A stretch of DNA of 63,792 nt, filler included, from Octopus bimaculoides (Eukaryota): assembly GCF_001194135.2 (NCBI RefSeq). It is 6 parts of 5 records of this genome, joined end to end, with 100 filler letters (N's around TTAATTAATTAA, not from the genome) between each part and the next. Parts side by side here need not be neighbours in the genome. Positions count along the whole stretch, not along the records: positions 22,571 to 28,662 come from NC_068983.1; positions 28,763 to 33,030 come from NC_068983.1; positions 33,131 to 51,548 come from NC_068988.1; 3 more parts are not named here. One strand, 5' to 3'. The notes beneath the pieces were generated by a model, which was given only the letters and a program-made list of their open reading frames with translations, had not been told where the DNA came from and made no database searches. Position 1 is the first letter of the stretch, and every line of letters begins with the position of its first letter. The translations under genes and the position numbers were made by a program. Shown here piece after piece: positions 27,757 through 40,414 of this stretch.

Positions 27757-27935
27757 GTGGGTGTGTACGTTTGTGTCTGTGTTTGTCCCACCAACATCGC
27801 TTGACAACCGATGCTGGTTTGTTTACGTCCCCGTAATTTAGCGGTTTTGCCTAAGAGACTGATAGAATAAGTACTAGGCTTCCAAAGAATAAGTCCTGGG
27901 ATCGATTTGCTCGACTAAAGGCGGTGCTCCATCAA
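27550..27935 (+). mobile_element. SINE family A copy
   Basis: GGAGTGGCTGTGTGGTAAGTAGC head, internal (TA)n(TG)n, core. Confidence 0.85.
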
Positions 27936-28629
27936 CAGGTAACGAAAGGTGGTAGCTAATAAATGTCATTAGGTTTCCTGTATGCTGATCTTCTATTTTA
28001 ATTCTTATTAGTCAGGCGAAGAGGTCGTGCTTAAGACATGAGAGAGGGCCTCCAACACTGGAGGGCATGCAGAGAGGATGGGGAAGAGGGAAAGGAGGGG
28101 AGGAGAAGAAGGATGAGAGAGGGGGGAGGAAAGAAGAGAGGGAATTTAAGAGAGTGGGAGAGAAAGAGAGGAACAGAAAGGGAGGGGGAGCAAGGTAGGG
28201 AGAGAGCGAGGAAGATGTTCTCAAAGCGGTAAACCTACCCCGAATGCTTGCAAAAGAGTGGGTTTAGTTACAATCTCCCAGACGGAGCTTTATATCATTT
28301 AATCAATAGATCCTTGTCCCGACGAGTAGCTTGCGATATACACTTCGCTTGGATATTTACCACAGCTGAGGTTCCGCTCGTTATGAAACATATGTAACCC
28401 GGATCTTATTTACCCCATTCCTTAACTCTTGTATTCTCATTCGCATACCTGACAATCATGGTCGCCTACCGTAAAATATAAAAAGGACTTTTTTCAGTTT
28501 ATCGTACTTCGATACGAAAAAATCTACAACCTTCTTTCTCAATAAACCTCTACTGTCTCTGAAAGGTGTATTTTATATTTACTACGGACTGCTTGAAGCT
28601 AACTGTCTTCCTACACCTCAATCCCTGTA

Positions 28630-28662
<33 letters not shown>

Positions 28663-28789
28663 NNNNNNNNNNNNNNNNNNNNNNNNNNNNNNNNNNNNNN
28701 NNNNNNTTAATTAATTAANNNNNNNNNNNNNNNNNNNNNNNNNNNNNNNNNNNNNNNNNNNNTATATATATATATGTATATATATATAT

Positions 28790-29015
28790 ATGTATGTGTG
28801 TTTGTGTGTCTGTATTTGTCCCCCCACCATCGCTTGACAACCGATGCTGGTGTATTTACGTCCCCGTAACTTAGCGGTTCGGCAAAAAAGAGACCGATAG
28901 AATAAGTACTAGGCTTACAAAGAATAAGTCCTGGGGTCGATTTTCTCGACTAAAGGCGGTGCTCCAGCATGGCCGCAGTCAAATGACTGAAACAAGTAAA
29001 AGAGTAAAAGAGAGT
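28790..29015 (+). mobile_element. SINE family A, 3' half (5' half in gap)
   Basis: Near-identical to 30790-31015. Confidence 0.85.
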
Positions 29016-29453
29016 CAGTTAATGTCTTTTTGAATTGTTACAATTCTTTAAATGTTTCCTTGATGCTATTTTATTCTTCGCCGGTCGCTTACTTGCATCG
29101 AAGGGGTAGAATTGTCAGAGCAGTGACTATAAGGTCTTTCCATGTACATTTCGCATCTTGATTCTTGAAATTCAAATTTCGTAGTTACGCCTTTCCGGTG
29201 TCAATAAATATACTACAGTACTAGGGTTGATTCTTCTCTCTCACTTTCTGCTTGCGCTGTACAATTCAAAGGTCCAGTTCAGGTGCAGTGCCGCTATAAG
29301 ATGGTATCAAATTTTGGCGCAAGGCCAGCAATTGGATCTTTCTGATTTGGCAGACACCATTTGTTTTCTAACGAAACGCTTTCAAACTTGGGATGTTGCT
29401 AGAATGTGTCATATAAAACATCTTTTTCTCTTAGCCTTGTTAAGAAAAGTTTC

Positions 29454-30005
29454 TATATTCCAAGTTATTTCATGTTAAAAGTTGTGATATTTCGGTAATT
29501 TCAACCATTCACTGACGTCTATTGAGGTGAAAACAATTACTGCCGTGGTTTGTCAACAACACGTTCTGGCGGTGTAATGGGATCTTTTCCCTTAAATAAA
29601 ATTACTGCCGTTGTTTGTCAACAACAACTATCGGAGGTACTGTTATTTATGACATCCTTCGTACGTTTGAACTGGTTTTAGCTTTAGGGTTTTAAGGTTA
29701 GGGTTCGGGTTTTAGAGTTAGGGTTAGGGTTAGGGTTTTAGGGTCAGTGTTAGGGTTTTAGGGTGAGGGTTAGGGTTTTTGAGTTAGGGATAGGGTTTTA
29801 GAGTTAGGGTTAGGGTTAGGATTTTAGATAATCTCGTTTCAAACCACTCAAAAAGGATTACCAGGGACTAACGATATATACATCGCCACAAATAATTGTT
29901 GACAAAGAACAGCAGAAACTGTATTCAACTGAATAGACGTCAGTGATTGGTTGAAATTACCGAAATACGACAATTTTTAACATGAAATAACTTCGAATAT
30001 AAATT
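29454..30005. mobile_element. Fold-back/MITE-like element with ~105-bp inverted arms and a telomere-like core
   Basis: 29454-29559 is the imperfect reverse complement of 29896-30005 (AAGTTATTTCATGTTAAAA..ATTTCGGTAATTTCAACCA.TCACTGACGTCTATT...TTTGTCAACAA). Degenerate (TTAGGG/TTTTAGGG)n at about 29677-29825. Confidence 0.8.
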
Positions 30006-30129
30006 TTTTTCTCTGTTCTATAAGACAAGATATACAAGTATATGAAGTTTTAAAGTGTTTCGGTAGAAAACACACTAAATAAAAAATGGTGTCCGCCAAA
30101 TCAGAAAGATCCCAGCAATTTTTAGGTAG

Positions 30130-30300
30130 ATACGAGGAGGGTTATAAGTCGATTACAGCTACCCCAGTTCTCAACTGGTACTTATTTTATCGACCCCGAA
30201 AGAATGAAAGTCAAAGTCAACCTCAGCGGAATTTGAACTCAGAACATAAAGAGCCGGAACAAAAGTCGCTAAGTGTTTTTTCGACACTCTACCCATTCTA
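30130..30300 (-). mobile_element. SINE family B copy
   Basis: AACTGGTACTTATTTTATCGACCCCGAAAGAATGAAAG..GCGGAATTTGAACTCAGAAC. Confidence 0.75.
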
Positions 30301-30596
30301 CCAGCTCACTGTCTGAGTACCGTTAATAAAACATAGGCTATTACAGGTAGATAATACCTGTTTCCACGAACTTGTTTCGTATGAGCGTCGTTAGCCATGG
30401 ATAGCTTAAATATATTCCCTTCTCGAAATTTTCGGTAGTCCTTCCATATTGAAAGAAACAGCTATGATATAGAATTGGGACTGCAAGTGAATAACTAAAA
30501 TAGTCTGTTACTCAGTAGTATAGTTCTGACAGAGAAAGCCCCTCTTAGTGAATATCTGCTCATGCGCTGATTTCTCAGAAAAAAAAAACTTTACAT

Positions 30597-31015
30597 AGGC
30601 GTGGGAGTGTCTGTGTGGTAAGTAGCTTGCTTACAAACCACATGGTTCCGTGTTCAGTCCTACTGCGTGGCACTTTGGGCAAGTGTCTTCTACTATAGCC
30701 TCGGGCCGACCAAAGCCTTGTGAGTGGATTTGGTAGACGGAAACTGAAAGAAGCCCGTCGTATATATATGTATATATATGTGTGTGTGTGTATGTTTGTG
30801 TGCCTGTGTTTGTCCCCCAACATCGCTTGACAACCGATGCTGGTGTGTTTACGTCCCCGTAACTTAGCGGTTCGGCAAAAAGAGACCGATAGAATAAGTA
30901 CCAGGCTTACAAAGAATAAGTCCTGGGGTCGATTTGTTCGACTAAAGGCGGTGCTCCAGCATGGCCGCAGTCAAATGACTGAAACAAGTAAAAGAGAAAA
31001 AAGAGAAAAAGAGTA
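30597..31015 (+). mobile_element. SINE family A, young full-length copy
   Basis: Complete head, microsatellite, core and (AAAAGAG)n tail. Confidence 0.9.
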
Positions 31016-31994
31016 ATTTAACTTTATACTGCATTTCCTGATATGTTGTACTCTCTCTACCCTTGGATGTGATTTATAAAACATTGGATTGAAACCCCGT
31101 TGAAATTAATTTATTAATGCTTGTGAAAAATTTCTGCTCTGTAGTTCAGAGGGTTCGTCGCTTTGTTTGTTGCTCGTGTCTGTGGAACGAGAAGTCTGAA
31201 TCAGCGGAACTGCACTTGTCTTCCATACTGAAGGCGTGTTTTCAAGTAAAAAGCGATACCTGACCACAGTGTAGCTTGGTTACATGTCTTTATGACACAA
31301 CGCTATCACTCGTCATCTTTTGAATTTATTAAATCAATAATCAATTCAAACGAAACGTATTAACATATTCAAATTCTAGCGAATTTCAGGATCATTATAC
31401 TGACGAATGTTCATTTTCTGCAGCCACAGGAAGCCCCTTTTTAATGAATTGTCGTATATCCCTTACATATCGGATTTGCAACAAAAAATTGAAAGTCTAT
31501 TTATGACTGTCTTTGTTTAAAAATGACAAAAGTGCTTCTAACATAGCAGCTTGTCACATTAAAAACCTGTGTTACATCACCTCTTAAAATTAAAAAAAAG
31601 AGATTATCATCACATTACATTGGGAAATAAACAAGTGTTATTTTTGACAATGAAGTAATTTTATTTTTCTATTCGCAAACGTTCAAGTTTAATTTCAGTC
31701 TAATAAAACAGCTGTATTTTATTTATAGTGAATGTGAGACACGGACGGATGATGACAAGAACCCAAAAAATTGTGCCTATTATTAAGCGAATTATCCAAA
31801 TAAACAAAGGGGGAAAATAGACAAAAATAATAAACACGATCTCATTAGTATACATAGATACGCGAACAAAATTTTTCGGGAAAAGTCCAGGCAGAACCTA
31901 ATAGTTTGCTCCAAAATTTCATTTAAAAAGCTGATTTAACTCAAGTTAAAACTATAAAACTTGCAAATACAACAAAAATATTTCCAAAATATTT

Positions 31995-32400
31995 ATTCTT
32001 TTATTCTTTTACTTGTTTCAGTCATTTTCTTGCAGTCATGCTGGAGCACCGCCTTGTAGGGTTTCTTGGTCGAATAAATCGACCACAGGACTTATTTTTT
32101 AAGCCTAGTACTTATTCTATCGGTCTCTTTGCCGAACCGCTAAGTTACGAGGACGTAAACACACCAACACTGGATATCAAATGGTTATGCGGGGACACAT
32201 AAGACACACACATAGATATATACATATATACAAATACGACGGGCTTTTTCAATTTCCGTCTACCAAATACACTCACAAGGCTTTGGTCGGCCTTAGGATA
32301 TTAGTAGAAGACACTTACCCAAGGTTCCACGCAGTAGGACTGAACTCGGAGCCATGTTGTTGGAAGCAAGTTTCTTACCACGCAGCCACGCCTGCGTTAC
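31995..32400 (-). mobile_element. SINE family A copy
   Basis: Reverse complement of the full family layout. Confidence 0.85.
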
Positions 32401-33149
32401 AAAATTACCATATTTCATAACATTTTCGATGCAAACGCATCATTCTCACTTCTGGAAAAACGTTCAGACAAGAAACCGAAACAAAAAATATGTATTCTTC
32501 CTAAAGCCGAATATATAATTAATCTTGACAACATTTCACGTACAACTGCATTCACTTACGTCTGTTCAATAAAGATCAGAGCAAAATGATTCGGATAACC
32601 TCCCATAGTGTTGTATGTATAACTCTCCAATCTTCGAAAAGCTAATAAACTTAAAATATGTTACTGAAAATAAGAGAGAAGCAATAACATGCAAAAGCGA
32701 GGGACATAAATTTTTCTAATTCACTGATAATAAACTGATGTGAGCAAATACACAACGTTAACAAATTAGTCACGAATATACATGAATGAAAACAGGACTT
32801 CTGCACAAGTGAAATCACAAACATGGATGAGCTAACATCAAGATTTGATATTATGAGCCAGAACAATAACTCGGAATTGCTTTGGTTTGATACCGCTACT
32901 GTATTATAGATAAGACAGTGAAAATCTTACACTCGGTTATTCGACATCAAAGTAAATAAATATAAAACAAAGACGAAACTTGCTGGAAATTTCACGTATA
33001 AGTTGTGATACAGTGCTCTCCCTCTCTCTCNNNNNNNNNNNNNNNNNNNNNNNNNNNNNNNNNNNNNNNNNNNNTTAATTAATTAANNNNNNNNNNNNNN
33101 NNNNNNNNNNNNNNNNNNNNNNNNNNNNNNGTACCTGTGTATAGGTGTG

Positions 33150-33520
33150 ACTATATAGTAATGATTTTGCTTCCAAATCACGTCTATCCGTGCTCAGTCC
33201 CAATGCACTTTGGGTAAGTATCTTTTACAATAGGCGCGGCTTGACCAAAGCCTTGTGTGCGGATTTGGTAGACGGAAACAGAAAGAAGCCCATCATATAC
33301 ATGCACGCACACACGAACACACATACATGTGGGTGGTGGATGTCTTTGTGTTTATCACTCGCTCGTGCTTGGCACCCGGTTTTGGTTTGTTTACGTTCCC
33401 GTAACTTAGCGGCTCGGCATAAGACAGCATTAGAATAATGTAGTGTGGTCAATTCGTTTGACTAAACACTTAACGGCGGTGCTCCAGCAAGGCTGCTGTC
33501 CAATGATAGAAACAAGCATC
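33150..33520 (+). mobile_element. SINE family A, diverged copy
   Basis: GGATTTGGTAGACGGAAAC..GAAAGAAGCCC and TTTACGTTCCCGTAACTTAGCGG. Confidence 0.75.
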
Positions 33521-33595
33521 ACAAAGCTAAAACAAAATATATATATATGTATGTATGTACGTACGTGTGTGTCTGTGTATTATGTATGTTTGTAA

Positions 33596-33629
<34 letters not shown>

Positions 33630-34510
33630 CTGGCATTAAATGTGGCTGAACACTACACAGGTATGTTCACCCTTATCGTAGATCTCAGAGAGATTCAGCG
33701 TGACCCTTTGAAATACAGGTACGGCATTTGATCTCAGTAAGGAAAGACGAACGAATTGCTGCATAGCACTCTGTCGGGTGTGCTAACGATTCTACCAACT
33801 CGCTGCCTTCTGTGTGTATGTAACAAATAATGACTTGTTCGTCGTCATGTAGCTGGCGTGGTGGGTGAGGTGGGCTTTACCCAACCTTGTCCAGCATTTT
33901 GTAATCCATCCTTGTATTACCCTTATTTCTCACCCTTGTGGCAAAAAATAAAATAAAAATAAATAAATAAAAGACACAAAAAGAATGTATTTACATCATC
34001 AACCGCGCCGTCGTCGCCGCGCCGCCGTCGTCGACTTCATCGCCGACGTACGTCTTCATCATTTTACTCTTGCTACTACCACCACCACCACCACCACCAC
34101 CACAACTACTACTACTATTGCTGCCTACATCTCACCTTCAGTGTGAGAAGTTGTGGTAAGACCCTGTCAATAGAATTTAGTTTCTGCTTCGTCATAGCAG
34201 TCAAGCTCTCACGCACGGAGTTTTTCGCTGATCACATCCGCACACTTACCACGCCTACAGCTTACCAAGTTTATATGCGTGTGTATGTGTGTGTGTGTGT
34301 GTATGTGTGTAAGCGCGCGCGTGTGCACTGTATGTACACAGCTGTGCTGGTAAACACGCACACTCACACGCATACATACACTCACACTCACACAGACACA
34401 TACACTCAGACACCACACATGTCTGTATACACTCAAGTGTGCGCGCGCACATATATATACATACATTGATACACATACTTGTATACGTATATATATATAT
34501 ACGCACACAT

Positions 34511-34563
<53 letters not shown>

Positions 34564-34779
34564 GATATAAGCGTAACTATAATCATACACATATACATAC
34601 ACAGACACCATTTACATATATTTGTACATATTCACATACCTACGCAGGTACACTAACTAAATGGTACAACTTTCACTCAAGACAACACCGCATATAAACA
34701 GAGACACACGTACACACACAATCACATAGACATACATACACAAGCGCGCATACATACGCACTGACATACATATTCTTTT

Positions 34780-34960
34780 CTACTCTAGGCACAAGCCCCG
34801 AAGTTATTCGGGAAGGAGCCAGTCGATTAGATCGCCCCCAGTACGTAACTGTTACTTAACTTATCGACTCCTAAAGGATGAAAGGCAAAGTCGACCNNNN
34901 NNNNNNAAAGTCGACCTCGGCGGAATTTGAACTCAGAACATAAAGACAGACGAAATACCG
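34780..34960 (-). mobile_element. SINE family B copy containing a small gap
   Basis: Family B core; AAAGTCGAC repeated on both sides of a 10-N gap. Confidence 0.75.
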
Positions 34961-34971
34961 CGAAGCTATAA

Positions 34972-35208
34972 CTCTTTTCAAATCACATCTCACTGTCTTA
35001 AAAACTGAAGGACATGTTTTAGATAAAGCATCCCACGTTACGTTATGCCTGGAATAAAAATAGAATGTTGTAGTCACGGTTGAAATGCATTATTTTGCTT
35101 TGCGGTAAATGCTCCGGCTCTAAAAAGTTCACTGAAGACATAACATAACGTGGATCGCTTTATCTAAATGTCCAATTATTTAAGACGGCGAGATATGATT
35201 TGAAAAGA
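34972..35208. repeat. Inverted repeat with ~75-bp arms
   Basis: CTCTTTTCAAATCACATCTCACTGTCTTAAA..AGATAAAGC..CCACGTTA.GTTATG versus its reverse complement at 35137-35208. Confidence 0.75.
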
Positions 35209-36140
35209 AATTTCGCTACTATTTTAAGATATCAGTCGACATCGCAGGCATGGTCGTGTGTGGTTAAGAAGCGTACTTTTGAAGCAACGTGGTTGGGGTT
35301 CAGTCCCATTGCGCGGTCAAATAGACATAAATAATGCAAGTGACTTTTGAGTGAATTCGGTAAACGGAAACTGTGTGCCTCTGCTTTTTCAACTTTTCGG
35401 AGTCAATAAAATACCAGTTGCGCAATGAGTTTGATTTTTCACTTTTCCTCATTCTTTCTTTCGGTCAGTAAATTGCGATGGTGCTCCAATGATTTCATCA
35501 AGCACCTGAAGAACCTTGGCAAGGTATATATCTCTGTATCTTTTATCTTTTATTTTTTACTTGTTTCAGTCACTAGACTGCGGCCATGCTGGGGCACCAC
35601 CTTGAAGAATTTTTAGTCGAATGAATNNNNNNNNNNNNNNNNNNNNNNNNNNNNNNNNNNNNNNNNNNNNNNNNNNNNNNNNNNNNNNNNNNNNNNNNNN
35701 NNNNNNNNNNNNNNNNNNNNNNNNNNNNNNNNNNNNNNNNNNNNNNNNNNNNNNNNNNNNNNNNNNNNNNNNNNNNNNNNNNNNNNNNNNNNNNNNNNNN
35801 NNNNNNNNNNNNNNNNNNNNNNNNNNNNNNNNNNNNNNNNNNNNNNNNNNNNNNNNNNNNNNNNNNNNNNNNNNNNNNNNNNNNNNNNNNNNNNNNNNNN
35901 NNNNNNNNNNNNNNNNNNNNNNNNNNNNNNNNNNNNNNNNNNNNNNNNNNNNNNNNNNNNNNNNNNNNNNNNNNNNNNNNNNNNNNNNNNNNNNNNNNNN
36001 NNNNNNNNNNNNNNNNNNNNNNNNNNNNNNNNNNNNNNNNNNNNNNNNNNNNNNNNNNNNNNNNNNNNNNNNNGTAAACTTCTTATGTGCATGCATTTAC
36101 AAAGATATACATATTTGAGCCTGTGTATATGCTCGTGTGT

Positions 36141-36179
<39 letters not shown>

Positions 36180-36182
36180 AAT

Positions 36183-36521
36183 GGGTAAAAGATTAAAAAC
36201 TTCCTTCGGTCATGAATGACCTTGGGATTACACTTAGAAAGTTACTCACCAAGACACGAGTCCGGGCAAGGTTGTTTATGGAAGACCGGCAATCGCCCAT
36301 ACATAACAGCCTCCTTTCTGCACGCCATCAATGTTATCCAAGGGAAAGGCGGTGGCTGATACAGCTTAGCACCACTGACATCGCAACTCATTTCTAGAGC
36401 TGAGTGAACTGGAGCAATGTGAAATAAAGTGTCTTGCTCAAGAACACAATACACAGCCCGGTCCGGAAATCGAACTCACTACCTGATGATTGTGAGCCTG
36501 ACATTCAAACCACTGAGCCAT
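36183..36521 (-). mobile_element. tRNA-derived SINE family D (CORE-like)
   Basis: Reverse copy of 57401-57740; TTCTTGAGCAAGACACTTTATTTCAC.TTGCTCCAGTTCACTCAGCT resembles the CORE domain. Confidence 0.75.
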
Positions 36522-36629
36522 TCGACGCAAATATATGTATATATGGGCGTTATTGTGTGCTTGAGTGAATCTGTGTACTTGCATGTGTATGTGTATGTAA
36601 ATCTTTTATCTCTTTTTTTGTTTCCCTCA

Positions 36630-36840
36630 TTACTTGTTTCATTCATTATCTGCGGCCATGTTGGAATACCGCCTTGAAGAATTTTTAGTCGAACAAATCG
36701 ATCCTAGAGCATGTTATTTGTTTTTAAGCCTGGTACTTATTCTATCGGTCACGTTTGCCGAACCACTAAGTTATAGGGACGTAAACACACCAACACTATT
36801 TGTCAAGCAGTGGTGGAGGACAAACAAACACACACACACA
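36630..36840 (-). mobile_element. SINE family A, 3' half (runs into gap)
   Basis: Reverse complement of the family A core and tail. Confidence 0.75.
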
Positions 36841-37399
36841 CACACAGATGTATATATATATATANNNNNNNNNNNNNNNNNNNNNNNNNNNNNNNNNNNN
36901 NNNNNNNNNNNNNNNNNNNNNNNNNNNNNNNNNNNNNNNNNNNNNNNNNNNNNNNNNNNNNNNNNNNNNNNNNNNNNNNNNNNNNNNNNNNNNNNNNNNN
37001 NNNNNNNNNNNNNNNNNNNNNNNNNNNNNNNNNNNNNNNNNNNNNNNNNNNNNNNNNNNNNNNNNNNNNNNNNNNNNNNNNNNNNNNNNNNNNNNNNNNN
37101 NNNNNNNNNNNNNNNNNNNNNNNNNNNNNNNNNNNNNNNNNNNNNNNNNNNNNNNNNNNNNNNNNNNNNNNNNNNNNNNNNNNNNNNNNNNNNNNNNNNN
37201 NNNNNNNNNNNNNNNNNNNNNNNNNNNNNNNNNNNNNNNNNNNNNNNNNNNNNNNNNNNNNNNNNNNNNNNNNNNNNNNNNNNNNNNNNNNNNNNNNNNN
37301 NNNNNNNNNNNNNNNNNNNNNNNNNNNNNNNNNNNNNNNNNNNNNNNNNNNNNNNNNNNNNNNNNNNNNNNNNNNNNNNNNNNNNNNNNNNNNNNNNNN

Positions 37400-37400
<1 letters not shown>

Positions 37401-37450
<50 letters not shown>

Positions 37451-37675
37451 GCAGGCAGACAGACATACAGACAGAAAGACAGATAGACGGACGGACAGAT
37501 AGATAGATAGATAGATAGATAGATTGATAGAGAGACAGAGACAGATTGATAGATAGATACATAGATACATACATACATACATACATACATACATACAGAC
37601 AGACAGACAGGTAGGAAGCAGGGAGGCAGACAGGCAGACTGATAAATAGATAGATAGATAGATACATACATACAA

Positions 37676-37706
<31 letters not shown>

Positions 37707-37717
37707 GACGGACGGAC

Positions 37718-37762
<45 letters not shown>

Positions 37763-37785
37763 CATACATACATACATACATACAT
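37401..37785. repeat. Compound tetranucleotide microsatellite (GATA/GACA/CATA/GACG)
   Basis: Seen directly; source of the 200-366 aa pseudo-ORFs in this area. Confidence 0.95.
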
Positions 37786-38270
37786 ATTATTTTCAGCTCG
37801 TGAGCTGTGATCGTACTGGGACATGCCGTTAGCCTTTCTACACTTTCACTGCTTGAGACCTTCTCTGACATGTAGCATTTGGTGAATGAGGAAGTTTGAC
37901 GTTGCTGCCTTTATCTGTGTTTCCTGCTGTGACGTGGGTTCATCAGGAACTCTTGACAGGAGAAGATCCATTTTTGTTTTCAAACGCCTACATCCATTCC
38001 ATGTAGGCCTGTCAGGCTTTTAGTGGGGGGATATTGGAGAGCTATGGGCCCTTGAAACCTAAGTTATGCAGTATCTGGTCCTGTATCTTCATTGCAATGT
38101 TGGGATCTTTGGTACTATGCAGTGGCACCCCGTTCTGTTTCTGTAATTTTCAATAAAATAGTTTGAGACAACTCATTCCAGGATTTTCCAGATGTCTATC
38201 ACCGCATAGTCATATGTGTATATAAAAATATACATATAAATATACCTACTTAGACACACACACACACTCA

Positions 38271-38316
<46 letters not shown>

Positions 38317-38352
38317 TATGCATGTATGTATAAGTAAATATATTTCTTCTAT

Positions 38353-38684
38353 AGGAGACCGGGCGTTGTGAGTGTTTATCGAGCGGAAACACCTAAAACT
38401 CCACGAGGCTCCAGGCAGGGGATGGATGGTGGCGAACCTTGCTGTGCTCTTTCACCACAACTTTCTCTCGCTCTTATTTCCTGTTTCTGTTGTGCCTGTA
38501 ATTCAAAGGGTCAGCCTTGTCACACTGTGTCACGCTGAATATCCCCGAGAACTACGTTAAGGATACACGTGTCTGTGGAGTGCTCAGCCACTTGCACGTT
38601 AATTTCACGACCAGGCTGTTCCGTTGGTCGGATCAACTGGGACCCTCGTCGTCGTAAGCGGTGGAGTGCCAACAACAACAACAT
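38353..38684 (+). mobile_element. SINE-like family E with (AAC)n tail
   Basis: GC-richer non-coding unit ending GTCGTCGTAAGCGGTGGAGTGCC(AAC)n, an RTE-like tail. Single copy in the window, so repeat status is inferred. Confidence 0.55.
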
Positions 38685-39278
38685 TTCTTCTAAAAATGAA
38701 GAATAGCGTCATACATTAGACTTTGGGAAGTTGTAACGTTCATGCTTTCTGTAATCAGTTTTGTGTGTAATGGTTGCTGTATATTTGTCTGTTTCACATG
38801 GAACTCAGAATTACACTGCTATACATATGATTCCAGGGATATGTATCGATCGATCGATCGATCGATCGATCTATAGATAGATAGATAGATAGATACATAC
38901 ATACATACATACATACATACATACATACATACATAGTAGCCAAATCCCCTTCAAATTACTCCCGTGTTAAAAAGTACTCGTTGGATAATTGGCCCTGTGT
39001 TCTTTGTACATAAGAATAAGGCATGACTGTCACGGTTGGAATATCTTTGATCATAGGTTTGCTCAATTAAGGACAGATTCGGGTTAAACGACAGAAACAA
39101 CAACAACAACAGCATCGTCAACAAGCATTTAAAATGTGTTATGTAAACACATTTTGGAAAATGTGTTATACAAACACACAATCAACATGACTTCTCGTCG
39201 TTGTTGTTGTTATAGTTGTTATTATTATTATTATTGTTGTTGTTATTGTTGTTGTTGTTATTATTATTATTATTATTT

Positions 39279-39459
39279 AGGCGGCGAGTTGGCAAAATCG
39301 TTAGCACGCCGGACGAAATGCTTAGTGGCATTTCTTCCGGTTTTACGTTCTTAGTTCAAATTCTGCTAAAGTTCACTTTGCCTTTCATCTTTTCGGGGTC
39401 GTTAAAATAAGTACCCCACCTTCTCCCGAATTTGCTGGCCATGTGCCGAAATTTGAAAC

Positions 39460-39509
<50 letters not shown>

Positions 39510-39590
39510 GTAGTAGTAGTAGTAGTAGTAGCAGTAGTAGTAAAGGCAGGAGCTGGCAAAATTGTTAATACGTCGGCTGAAATGCTTAAN
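39279..39590 (+). mobile_element. SINE family B copy, (ATT)n(AGT)n array and the head of a second copy
   Basis: GGCGGCGAGTTGGCAAAATCGTTAGCACGCCGGACGAAATGC head; AAATTTGAAAC(TAT)n tail. Confidence 0.8.
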
Positions 39591-39943
39591 NNNNNNNNNN
39601 NNNNNNNNNNNNNNNNNNNNNNNNNNNNNNNNNNNNNNNNNNNNNNNNNNNNNNNNNNNNNNNNNNNNNNNNNNNNNNNNNNNNNNNNNNNNNNNNNNNN
39701 NNNNNNNNNNNNNNNNNNNNNNNNNNNNNNNNNNNNNNNNNNNNNNNNNNNNNNNNNNNNNNNNNNNNNNNNNNNNNNNNNNNNNNNNNNNNNNNNNNNN
39801 NNNNNNNNNNNNNNNNNNNNNNNNNNNNNNNNNNNNNNNNNNNNNNNNNNNNNNNNNNNNNNNNNNNNNNNNNNNNNNNNNNNNNNNNNNNNNNNNNNNN
39901 NNNNNNNNNNNNNNNNNNNNNNNNNNNNNNNNNNNNNNNNNNN

Positions 39944-40140
39944 GTTGTTATTATTATTATTATTGTTCAGTAGTTTTATTTTTATAACGTGCTTTCACTT
40001 CACTACCGAGCACTGCTCTGTGTGCCTTGGGTATGTGCTGTGGGTTGCTGTGATGCTCTTATGGTTACTGTATTGAAAGTGTTTTGCGTATGATGTGTGC
40101 AGTGCCCAGTAGTGTAATTTTCTGTATGTTATATATATTT
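39944..40140 (-). mobile_element. Second copy of the R4/Dong 3' end with (TAA)n tail, 5'-truncated
   Basis: NIYNIQKITLLGTAHIIRKTLSIQ* and a UTR matching 22226-22400. Confidence 0.88.
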
Positions 40141-40383
40141 CTTTGTTCAGGATGGGAAAAGATGCTAGTTATGTTTGAGGCCCGAAGGTTCAGATAATGC
40201 CCCTGCCGTGTTTCCCCTACAATTGCCACTTACAAAACCACAAAAAAGGGGATCAATAAAAGCTTCACCACCAGTGGTAGCCGCAGCAACAAGAAGAACA
40301 GTCACAACAGCTGGACAAGAGACAGAAACCAACGACTGTCACAACAGACAGTTAGAAAGGAACCGATTAAGAAGTGTCTTCAT

Positions 40384-40414
<31 letters not shown>

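Noticed and set aside
28038-28232. Purine-rich ORF
   Set aside because: A GA-rich low-complexity tract.
35566-37871. Long ORFs of 165-366 aa
   Set aside because: Made of N gaps (X) and tetranucleotide microsatellites.
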